32,000 bases of DNA. Source: Haloquadratum walsbyi C23 (lineage in GTDB: Archaea > Halobacteriota > Halobacteria > Halobacteriales > Haloferacaceae). Every line of letters begins with the position of its first letter. Within the stretch, counting starts at the first letter, position 1. The stretch is taken from positions 120,001-152,000 of the forward strand of contig NC_017459.1 in the NCBI RefSeq assembly GCF_000237865.1, read 5' to 3'. The notes under the pieces are model-generated. The model did not search any database and was not told the origin of the DNA. It saw nothing but the letters and a program-made list of their open reading frames with translations. Shown here piece by piece: positions 14,068 to 21,985 of this stretch. The position numbers and the translations under genes were made by a program.

Positions 14068-16616
14068 TGACTCTTCAGTTTCCACTGGTAGCATATTTTA
14101 GCATATTACTGACTGTAGGGTTACTCTGTACGGGATACGCGCTTCTTCGGAGGTGCCGTCAATCAGGCGATTACTTGACATTTCGATTTGTCGGCATAAT
14201 CATTGGAGTATCGCTCTGGTGGTTAGTCATGTCGACAGTAAAATTCACAGCGACAAGTCTTGAATTGAAAATTCTATCTTACCGACTCTCGATGGCAGCG
14301 TGGATTGGGCTTCCAATCTCAACATGTATTTTTTCTTTTATCGGAATATATCATCGCGATGCGTCCAGCACCCAACTACACCGTGGCGTCATTGCATTTC
14401 TCGCTGGACTTCTCGCTTTCATTATGCTGATTCCACAGTCAGCCCTGTTTACGACACCACATCTCTTATCAGTTGGTGAGTTTGTCACGCTTGAACATGG
14501 AGTTAGTGTCACAACGGCCGTCATTACCGGTATTGCATGGACAATAACTCTTTTTGGAATTGCGATTGCTCTCTCCCGTGTAGTTCATAAAAAATATGTC
14601 CCTCCGGTTGTCGCACTTGCTGCTGTAATCCCATCGTTACCAGGGATAATAGGCGTGCTCAAACTGTTCGAAATATACCCTGCTGGAGGGGCTGGATTCA
14701 ATCTAGCCCCTCATCTCGCCGGTCTCGCTACTATCCTTTTTGCTGCTGTGACGCATCGAAAAGGGCTCACGACGATTATTTTGGACTCGCGACACGCCGC
14801 CATTGAGAATGCGACTGAGGGATATGTGCTTGCTGATGAGACTGAGATAATTCGTGATATGAATACGGAAGCGAAACGATTGGTCGATGCCACGGTTGGC
14901 GACCAACTTCCCTCATGGCTTGCCGAGTCATCCGCTGAAACCGCCGAAGGTGTGAATCGTACCACTCCAACGGGAAAGGAGATTGATCTGCAACAACACA
15001 CGGTCGGCAGCCATAGAGCCACAAACAAAGTGTTTCTTCTCCGTGATCGAACCGAACAATTGACCCGGATGCGCAAACTTGAATCTCGTGACCGTCTGAT
15101 TGCTGACCTCCCAGTCGGCGTTTTTCGAATTCAACGTGGGACATCACCACGTTTCGTATATATGAATCAAGCGTTTGCTGAGTTATTTAATATCAGCGAC
15201 GTGGATCAAATTGACAAGCACGCGGTATCAGATGTATTCGGAGCGCAGCAACCACAACTGATCGGTAATCAATCGAATTACTCAACTCCAGAGAACCCAG
15301 AGACAACTGAACAGTTATTTTCGCCACCGGGCACCGATTCGTTTTGGGGGCTTGTCTCCACGTATCCCTCGTCGACTCAGGATCCTGATATGATTGAGGG
15401 TGTCATTGTTGATATCACTGCTGAAAAACAAGCGGAGGCTCTCCTTACAGAGGAACTTGATAATATATCGCATGACCTAGAGTTAACTGAGCAACTCTGG
15501 GAACTCTCAGTTCGTCTTGAGGGGTTCGACGCCTTCGCTCAGGAGGCACTTTCATTACTAACCGATATTGATACTATTGAGTGCGCTGAAGTTGTTCGGT
15601 CAGGACGGGTATGCTGCGGTGAACCGGAGACTATTGTTGCAAATGGGACCACCCATATTCCGGATACAGCAGTGTCGAACGCGATAGAACACGCATATAC
15701 TGAGGAGAACAAGCGTACTGAGACACTTACTATAGATGATGAGAGATATACGCTCATTACGACGCCGATCATGACAGAACACGTTGCTGACTCCGCCCTC
15801 ATGATATTGAGTGCGTCGCCACCAGATGATCGCGTTGAGCATCTGGTGACAGACACCGCTGAAGCATTGGCGTATAAACGTGCAGTCAATTACCGCGAGA
15901 AGTATACTGATGAGGATAAAATGACCGAACTCCGCATTGCTAATACAGATACGGACAAACCACATCCACTGAGCCAACTTCTCACTACTGCCGACGTGGA
16001 TGTTGATATAGAATCATCGCCGCTTACGTTCACTAATGTACGCGCTGAGGGTCAGATAACATGGTATCTCTTACGGGCGGATCAAGCGGTATGTAACGCA
16101 GTGACTGCAGCAGCAACGGCACACGACTCAATCAAAGCAACGACACCGATATCGATAAACGATGATGAGAATCAATCTCGGTGTCAAATCGGCATTGAGA
16201 CGGGTGATATTCATCGTTCTCTCAATACCGAGGGGGTCACAGTGGTTACTATCTCTGCTAATGCGCGTGGAACAGAATTTCTCTTACACCTTCCAACTGA
16301 TCTCAAGGTTGCGGACATCATTGACATCTTCCGAACACGGTTTCCAGCAATGCATCTCCGGTCACGACAAACAATTGAGCGTGAGTCAGTGGACACGCAG
16401 GTATTCACCGAATTAGATGAATATCAGCGACAGGCTATGGAGGCTGCAACACGAATGGGATTTTTCTCACGCCCACAAGGTGCAACAGCGGGGGATGTCG
16501 CAAACACATTAGATATCGGTCGAACAACATTCACACGTCGTCTTAAAAATGCGCAGACAACAGTATTCAATAAGCTGCTTGATTCACAGACTGATACTGA
16601 ACCGGCGGATGACTGA
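14067..16616 (+). CDS. Membrane-anchored Bat-family transcription regulator: about 7 TM helices at the N-terminus, a PAS domain, a GAF-like region and a C-terminal HTH_10 domain.
   Basis: The first ~230 aa contain seven hydrophobic segments. The PAS-like block is LIADLPVGVFRIQRGTSPRFVYMNQAFAELFNIS...IEGVIVDITAEKQAE. The C-terminus QRQAMEAATRMGFFSRPQGATAGDVANTLDIGRTTFTRRLKNAQTTVFNKLL matches the bacterio-opsin-activator HTH pattern. Confidence 0.85.
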   Translation: MTLQFPLVAYFSILLTVGLLCTGYALLRRCRQSGDYLTFRFVGIIIGVSLWWLVMSTVKFTATSLELKILSYRLSMAAWIGLPISTCIFSFIGIYHRDASSTQLHRGVIAFLAGLLAFIMLIPQSALFTTPHLLSVGEFVTLEHGVSVTTAVITGIAWTITLFGIAIALSRVVHKKYVPPVVALAAVIPSLPGIIGVLKLFEIYPAGGAGFNLAPHLAGLATILFAAVTHRKGLTTIILDSRHAAIENATEGYVLADETEIIRDMNTEAKRLVDATVGDQLPSWLAESSAETAEGVNRTTPTGKEIDLQQHTVGSHRATNKVFLLRDRTEQLTRMRKLESRDRLIADLPVGVFRIQRGTSPRFVYMNQAFAELFNISDVDQIDKHAVSDVFGAQQPQLIGNQSNYSTPENPETTEQLFSPPGTDSFWGLVSTYPSSTQDPDMIEGVIVDITAEKQAEALLTEELDNISHDLELTEQLWELSVRLEGFDAFAQEALSLLTDIDTIECAEVVRSGRVCCGEPETIVANGTTHIPDTAVSNAIEHAYTEENKRTETLTIDDERYTLITTPIMTEHVADSALMILSASPPDDRVEHLVTDTAEALAYKRAVNYREKYTDEDKMTELRIANTDTDKPHPLSQLLTTADVDVDIESSPLTFTNVRAEGQITWYLLRADQAVCNAVTAAATAHDSIKATTPISINDDENQSRCQIGIETGDIHRSLNTEGVTVVTISANARGTEFLLHLPTDLKVADIIDIFRTRFPAMHLRSRQTIERESVDTQVFTELDEYQRQAMEAATRMGFFSRPQGATAGDVANTLDIGRTTFTRRLKNAQTTVFNKLLDSQTDTEPADD

Positions 16617-16667
16617 GCAGTTGATACTCTCAGATACGCCCGTCACGCGACACTGATTAACCAATAG

Positions 16668-18074
16668 CTATACAGACTCGATCTTTTCTGTCGCCGAACG
16701 AATAAGCCCATCAATAATCTCAGGTGTTGTCGGGTGATATGCCCGATCTGGGAGTTCTCGAACATCGAGTCCTAATTCAACAGCAACTTGCATTGTTTTT
16801 GCCATCGGGTCAGCATGGTAATGTAATCCTTGCCATCCAAGCACCGTACCATCAACATCAACAACTAACCGAGCAAGCCCATCTGGCACGTTTTTTGATT
16901 TAAATACTCCATCGCTTGCCGCCTCTCGGGTCACAGTAATAAAGTCATGATTGCTTGCTTCTGCGGATTCAACCGAGTGACCAACGCGAGCGTATGGCAG
17001 AACGCCAAGTCCGCTGAATACAACATGATGATGAATATTCTGATACGATGTGAGTTCGTCGCCCGCAGCATGTGCACGAATATTTTCCGCAGCGGTGACA
17101 CCTTGCTCCTTGGCAACATGGAGGATTGGCTCTCGTCCATTCGCGTCACCAGCAACGAAAATTCGGTCACTCCCACGGGCTTGCATCGTCGCTGGAACCC
17201 ATCCAGGTTCAGGATTCAATGAAGTCTGTTCAAGACCCAGATTGTCAACTGCAGGTCGACGCCCGGTAAATCCAAATAACTGGTCTGCCTCGATTGTCTC
17301 TTCGTGTCCATTTCGCCTGACCGACATTCTCACTCCGCCGTCTGCTGTCGGTTCAACGCGGCGCTCGTCAGTTTCAGTGAGTACTGTGATATCAAATGCA
17401 TCACGGTAATACGACAGCAGTGCATCACCAAAGGCTGGGTCAGCTTCATCAAGTGGTCGAGAATCATGCTCGATTACGGTGAGATCCATCTCCCCTGCCT
17501 CAGTAAGATATGGGACCATTTCCATACCGACGTATCCAAAGCCCATGACGATTCCTGAATCTTCGAATGCGGTCGCATCAAGCACATCCGCACTTGTCAT
17601 CATTGAGACGTCCTCCATACCAGGAAGCGAGGGCTCATTTACTGTCGATCCAGTCGCGATGACAATATAATCTGGCTCAATGACCGTCTCACCGACTGAG
17701 AGTGTTCGATCATCGATGAACTCTGCTGTTTCGGTACGAAATTGCACGTTCTCCTTTTCAGCAAGCTTCTCGACACCTGCTCGTCTATGTGCTGCGAAAT
17801 TTAACACACGCTCATTCTTTGTCTCAACAACTGCATCGAGATCAACATCCGGTATCGGTCCATCTATCCGGTTGTCATGTCGAGCCGCAAAGCGATGTTC
17901 AGCAGCTGAGAGTACCTCCTTTGATGGCATACATCCTCGAAGAATACAGAGCCCGCCCCCAGGTTCGCCGTCATCGATCATTGTCACTTCAACTTCTGGC
18001 ATCTCGGCAAGTCGCTGTGCAGTAGCAATCCCAGCGCTACCATACGCGCCGATAACGGCGACATGTGTAGACAT
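16668..18074 (-). CDS. Class I FAD-dependent pyridine nucleotide-disulfide oxidoreductase (dihydrolipoamide dehydrogenase / mercuric reductase-like).
   Basis: The N-terminus has the dinucleotide fold VAVIGAYGSAGIA. The redox-active disulfide motif is GGLCILRGCMPSK. The C-terminal dimerisation motif is AYHPTTPE. The product is 468 aa. Confidence 0.85.
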   Translation of the reverse strand: MSTHVAVIGAYGSAGIATAQRLAEMPEVEVTMIDDGEPGGGLCILRGCMPSKEVLSAAEHRFAARHDNRIDGPIPDVDLDAVVETKNERVLNFAAHRRAGVEKLAEKENVQFRTETAEFIDDRTLSVGETVIEPDYIVIATGSTVNEPSLPGMEDVSMMTSADVLDATAFEDSGIVMGFGYVGMEMVPYLTEAGEMDLTVIEHDSRPLDEADPAFGDALLSYYRDAFDITVLTETDERRVEPTADGGVRMSVRRNGHEETIEADQLFGFTGRRPAVDNLGLEQTSLNPEPGWVPATMQARGSDRIFVAGDANGREPILHVAKEQGVTAAENIRAHAAGDELTSYQNIHHHVVFSGLGVLPYARVGHSVESAEASNHDFITVTREAASDGVFKSKNVPDGLARLVVDVDGTVLGWQGLHYHADPMAKTMQVAVELGLDVRELPDRAYHPTTPEIIDGLIRSATEKIESV

Positions 18075-18237
18075 AATTATATTATGGCATCCACCTGATT
18101 AACAGTTCGGTGGCGTTGTTCAGTGGTCACACAGCCGAATTTCCATCTCCAGATGAAACAACATGAGTATCTCAGAGCGTTCAATTATTGATGAGAAAAT
18201 TCACTATCTGTTTTGCTAAAATAACTGATTCCATACG

Positions 18238-18350
18238 TGTGAACTACCCCCTACTCAACAACGCTTTGCGTTGCTTCCGTGAGGGCGAGGCTTCCTACTT
18301 CTACGACGCGACTTGCATCCACGACGATAGACGATGAGTCGCCACCCTAA
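18238..18350 (-). mobile_element. Possible remnant of an IS200/IS605-type right end (second sequence family).
   Basis: The minus strand reads CACGGAAGC-AACGCAAAGCGTT(hairpin)-GTTGAGTAGGGGGTAGTTCAC. The same layout occurs on the plus strand at 23855-23890 (CACGGGAAGCCTTGGCTTGACCCCGAGGCGGTTCAC). The assignment is tentative. Confidence 0.25.
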
Positions 18351-18372
18351 CTGTCTGATCAGTCATTGAGAC

Positions 18373-18846
18373 TTATCTCCGGTCAACATACCATATGATG
18401 CTAGTTATCCCAATAATGATTAGACTGGGCCAGATATCGGAACTCAGATAGATATCTCCTGATGGGAGACGTGCCCAGGTGAGTGGATATAGATATGCCG
18501 GTGCAGTGCCATCAGTCCGGATGACTAGAAGGTCAAGAAACATATGTGTCACCACACCGAGGCTGAGACCTCCAACTATTGCCGGTCTCTCATCAGCCTG
18601 AAATAGCAATACTCCGGCAAATATAAATGCTACTGCTGACCCAATCGTCTGCAGTGCATACCAGGACCCTCTGATTCCGAATACGACAAACTCTGGTCCT
18701 GTGAGCAACAATCCCTTAGCGGCATCTGGAATGACTGCCCCAAGCATTGTGATTCCAACATAACGGCGATTAAACCAGTCAATCTGCCACACTGCGAGCG
18801 TGCTCAAAACATACATACTGAGAACATGTGTCAGTAAGTCGCTCAT
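18373..18846 (-). CDS. Small polytopic membrane protein, tentatively YdjM/DUF457-like membrane-bound metal-dependent hydrolase.
   Basis: The 157-aa product is hydrophobic. Conserved-looking polar residues sit in LLTHV (N-terminus), IPDAAKG (middle) and THMFLDLL (C-terminal part). The ATG overlaps the upstream stop (ATGA at 18843-18846). Confidence 0.65.
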   Translation of the reverse strand: MSDLLTHVLSMYVLSTLAVWQIDWFNRRYVGITMLGAVIPDAAKGLLLTGPEFVVFGIRGSWYALQTIGSAVAFIFAGVLLFQADERPAIVGGLSLGVVTHMFLDLLVIRTDGTAPAYLYPLTWARLPSGDIYLSSDIWPSLIIIGITSIIWYVDRR

Positions 18847-19301
18847 GGGTCACGTGGGACGATTGTCCAGCGCTCGGTATCTATTTTCCAGTGACGGACA
18901 AACATAATTAATGCAAGTAGCACACCTCCTGCGGAGACGGCTATCATGTACAGGCGGTTTGACTGGGGGCTCACCACGATACGCTCGACGACGAGTTCCT
19001 GCTTTGCGTTGAGTTCACCGTATACCTGAACCCAGTCACCAGAGCGCACTGAGAGATCAGACGTTTGAATATACAGCGGTTGTCCATACGTGACCCCGAC
19101 TGTATCCTCTTGAACTATACTCACCTGACTCCAGAAGTTCACCTGATCGCCGATATGTGTTTGATAATCATTTTTTACCTCTTCGGCTGTTGGATACGGT
19201 GATTGCCTTTCAGCATGATGGGCGTAATCAATCATCATCACCCCATTGAGAGATAGAAGCAAACAAAATACAATAGCTCGAATCCAGAGAGTGGAATTCA
19301 T
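18843..19301 (-). CDS. Hypothetical bitopic membrane protein: N-terminal signal/anchor, soluble beta-rich middle, C-terminal TM.
   Basis: The start is ATG and the product is 152 aa. Hydrophobic segments are WIRAIVFCLLLSLNGVMMI and LYMIAVSAGGVLLALIMFV. It overlaps the downstream membrane protein gene by 4 nt. Confidence 0.6.
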   Translation of the reverse strand: MNSTLWIRAIVFCLLLSLNGVMMIDYAHHAERQSPYPTAEEVKNDYQTHIGDQVNFWSQVSIVQEDTVGVTYGQPLYIQTSDLSVRSGDWVQVYGELNAKQELVVERIVVSPQSNRLYMIAVSAGGVLLALIMFVRHWKIDTERWTIVPRDP

Positions 19302-19470
19302 ATATGATTGATTGACAGTGAAATATTGTCAAAACTTCTGATTATTTACAGGCGGAGCAGGCCGAGTGTCTCGGGGCTTGACTCTGAGATGCTTCACCTG
19401 CTATGATGCGTGATATTGATAGGTTATACAACGATGCGGCATATTACTTTTTGATAGAGCATCCATCCCA

Positions 19471-20073
19471 ATGTCCAATACCCCCAGCGATCACTCACCC
19501 CATGATACCGATAAACAAGATGTTCAATACGATCCTGACGATGACTCATATAATATTCTGCAATGCACACAATGTGATACGACCGCTCTTAGTATCGGTC
19601 ATGATGATCCACCGATATCCTGTCATGACGAACCGATGGAACATATCAACCAGGTCAATATGACAGTCAAGCCCCCAGATATCCGCGAGGTCTTATTTCA
19701 AGTATTTGGACTTCCAAAGTCAGGTCTTGATATCTGCTTATGTGTAATCGGCGAGGGTCCGCTGTCAGCCAGCGAGGTAGCAACAAAACTTGATTATGAT
19801 CGAACAACTGTCACTCGGTATCTTAACAAACTCGTTGATCTTGGATTATTACGCCGCTCTGAACTCAACCGAGAAAATGGTGGTATTATCAATGTATATC
19901 ACTCAGTTGATCTCGAGCAGATGCGTCTAGAGACACTTACTGGATTCTATCTCTGGGCGGGCGAAGCAGCAACACTCATTGAGAATGCGAATATGACAAA
20001 ACAAGAATATCTTGCGGAAAACCCCGACCAAGATCTTCCAGATGTGTTTTGGGAGTCATTCCCTCATAAATAG
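19471..20073 (+). CDS. Winged-HTH transcription regulator (TrmB/ArsR-like) with an N-terminal Cys/His motif.
   Basis: The wHTH block is LPKSGLDICLCVIGEGPLSASEVATKLDYDRTTVTRYLNKLVDLGLLRRSE. The N-terminal motif CTQCDTTALSIGHDDPPISCHDEPMEH may bind metal. The protein is acidic. Confidence 0.75.
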   Translation: MSNTPSDHSPHDTDKQDVQYDPDDDSYNILQCTQCDTTALSIGHDDPPISCHDEPMEHINQVNMTVKPPDIREVLFQVFGLPKSGLDICLCVIGEGPLSASEVATKLDYDRTTVTRYLNKLVDLGLLRRSELNRENGGIINVYHSVDLEQMRLETLTGFYLWAGEAATLIENANMTKQEYLAENPDQDLPDVFWESFPHK

Positions 20074-20114
20074 CCTTTCTGAGAACACTCTCAGATCAGC
20101 TATCCCTCTTTCAT

Positions 20115-20472
20115 AGGTATCGGAGGCTCAATATCAAAACGAACCATACTCATTACGGCGGTGCGAGGAGAAAGCCCCCGCGCTTCAGGGCTGTCTCTTA
20201 CCCACAACTCGAGTCAGGATTTTAGCGGAACGGGATCGGCGATCCCGACTGAAATCCTCGGTGTCTACAGTTTCAGCATCTCTTTGGAACAATTGTAGTG
20301 GGCTTGATTACCGACGTTCTGTCACCCCCACAGCCGATATCACTGTCTGAATCGCTTCTCGCCTCGGTTTTTTGAGTTCAAAATACCTCTGAAAGCGTCT
20401 GAAACGTCCGGTTACGACTCCACAAACTTATGGGTAAGAGACAGCCGTTCACGGCGGGATGAATCTGACAAC
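20115..20472 (+). mobile_element. Short tnpB-tail/right-end remnant split by a MITE insertion.
   Basis: 20131-20190 (ATATCAAAACGAACCATACTCATTACGGCGGTGCGAGGAGAAAGCCCCCGCGCTTCAGGG) parallels 20711-20775 of the fuller copy. The end box GGGATGAATCTGACAAC resumes at 20456-20472, after the MITE. Confidence 0.4.
20189..20446. mobile_element. MITE-like element of about 258 bp with perfect 16-bp terminal inverted repeats (GGCTGTCTCTTACCCA / TGGGTAAGAGACAGCC).
   Basis: The TIRs lie at 20189-20204 and 20431-20446. There is no ORF inside. An internal long hairpin reads AGGATTT..CGGGATCGGCGATCCCG..AAATCCT. The flanks CTTCAGGG and GTTCACGG could be a decayed target duplication. Confidence 0.55.
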
Positions 20473-20477
20473 CCCTA

Positions 20478-20788
20478 CGTGAACCACGTTCGACGTGTCG
20501 AACGGATGGGTTAAGTGACGAGATGCCGTATCGATACATAACCGAGGCGGTCTACCCCACTAATCGGATAATATCGGGATTCCCCGATTCCATGCAGAAA
20601 GCACCCCTTTCTGTTGTGGAACTCAGGGTGCAGTAAGAAGTACCTCCGAATCCCATGCCGGGATAGGAGTAACGGCTGGCTGGCACAGCCAGGAGCCGTC
20701 ATCGAGACGGCTACAAATCTTGAACATCCCAATCCAGCGGCGCGGTGCCGTGGGAATCTTCGCCCTTCAGGGCGGAGAGGATGTCAAG
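20478..20788 (+). mobile_element. Decayed 3' end of an IS1341/IS605-family tnpB gene plus its right-end hairpin (an omega-RNA-type module). No intact ORF remains.
   Basis: One frame reads ...CRDRSNGWLAQPGAVIETATNLEHP. The DR.NGWLAQP block is one I recall near the C-terminus of haloarchaeal TnpB proteins. It is followed by the hairpin CGCCC-TTCA-GGGCG and GAGAGGATGTCAAG, ending at 20788. Stops interrupt all frames upstream. Confidence 0.5.
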
Positions 20789-20795
20789 TCTAACC

Positions 20796-21776
20796 TCAAT
20801 ATTGATCAGTCGTTGATGATGGCATTGGATTATCCTTTTCCTGGTTGGTCGTATTGAGCATATGAATACGCTCTTTCACAGTTTCTGAAATAATCTCCTC
20901 AGGCGGAAGCCCCTGGTCGATTGTTCCTGTTCCTGTTCCTGTTCTTGTTCCTGTATACGAGTGAGATAATTCTGACGCGTACTCAAGCACTGCTTGCGTA
21001 GCCGTCTTACCAACGGCGGATGCACCGACTGCAACAGCAAGTGCAAAGATATCAGCTTCAAGATTTCCATCATATGTAGTATTCTCATCGTCTTTTATCC
21101 GCTGGAGCGTTTGGTCCTGACCAAAGGCACGGACAACGCCCACCGCTCGACCTGCCGCGTCAGTCCGAGCAAGCAAAGCAAATCCACGTGAGACGAATAC
21201 ATCCGCAGCAAGAACCTCAAGATCGGCGTCAATATCTTTTTTTATCCCCGTCTTTGCTGTTGTTGACCCGACCCATGGTTCTGTGTCAGCGAGCGTTCGG
21301 GTGAGGCGTAATCCTTCATATATTAATTGTACGCCCGCTGCACGGTCAACTAACGATAATCGATGCACATTCTCAGCTGCGTCTGTCTGTTGAGTGAGAC
21401 GGCGATGACCGGATGACTCATCCGCTGATTCCTTGTTCAGATTACCGCTTGATTCGGCATTTGGGTCATGAGAATGCACTTCGCTGTCGTTGACCCCGGA
21501 TTCAGGAATATGTCCATGAGTCCCTCCAGATGCATTCCCAGCTCCATCGCTGATTGGTGGTCCATCTCGGTCCTGGTCTTTACCCTTGTCTTGCATATCA
21601 TCAGTGTCGCCACTCTCATCAGAACTGCTGAGTGCACGAGCGCTCGCGAGTGTAAGCACCGCGGGTGTCATCGCCGTGTCTGTGAGGCGAGTGTGAAGCG
21701 CCGTGCGGAGAGGACCAGGTTCAATATCCATAACTGCCTCCCGGGCGGCGTCACGGACCCGCACGGCATCGTCCAT
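20796..21776 (-). CDS. Hypothetical acidic protein with a long low-complexity insert and a (Gly-Thr)n tract.
   Basis: The start is ATG and the product is 326 aa. The composition is halophile-like and acidic. The flanks look conserved (AGVQLIYEGLRLTRTLADTEPW, VLAADVFVSRGFALLARTD) around a D/E/S/G-rich insert. I recognise no family. Confidence 0.7.
   Translation of the reverse strand: MDDAVRVRDAAREAVMDIEPGPLRTALHTRLTDTAMTPAVLTLASARALSSSDESGDTDDMQDKGKDQDRDGPPISDGAGNASGGTHGHIPESGVNDSEVHSHDPNAESSGNLNKESADESSGHRRLTQQTDAAENVHRLSLVDRAAGVQLIYEGLRLTRTLADTEPWVGSTTAKTGIKKDIDADLEVLAADVFVSRGFALLARTDAAGRAVGVVRAFGQDQTLQRIKDDENTTYDGNLEADIFALAVAVGASAVGKTATQAVLEYASELSHSYTGTRTGTGTGTIDQGLPPEEIISETVKERIHMLNTTNQEKDNPMPSSTTDQY
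20922..20954 (-). repeat. Hexanucleotide microsatellite (TGTTCC)n inside the CDS, encoding TGTRTGTGTGT.
   Basis: Reading directly gives TGTTCC x3, TGTTCT, TGTTCC, TGT. Confidence 0.9.
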
Positions 21777-21985
21777 TAAACATAAGTAACTACGGCAGGG
21801 GCAAAGACCTTTGGAAAATCACCGCCATACGGCGACCGAATATATAATTGATCTGAATCAATGACCGTACTTAGCACAATTTCTTATCCATACCGAATTA
21901 CCAACTACGATAGTCTAAGCTCTTCTTACTCAATGAGATTTCCTGTGCTCATGTAATATCAATCAAATATGTATATGATGCCGTC

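Noticed and set aside
18373-19301. The two small membrane proteins might be the missing PgsA/PgsE partners of the PGA synthase.
   Set aside because: They are 5 kb away behind an unrelated oxidoreductase gene. Neither resembles the CapA metallophosphatase-like fold, and one looks YdjM/DUF457-like.
20191-20209. CTGTCTCTTA... could be Nextera/Tn5 adapter contamination in the assembly.
   Set aside because: The match to the mosaic end is only 16 of 19. The sequence occurs as an inverted pair 254 bp apart with genuine internal sequence and plausible flank duplication. This fits a native IS4-type MITE rather than an adapter.
20511-20732. A 73-aa minus-strand ORF in the IS-remnant region.
   Set aside because: It lies antisense to the decayed tnpB tail and right-end module and has a basic, non-halophilic composition.
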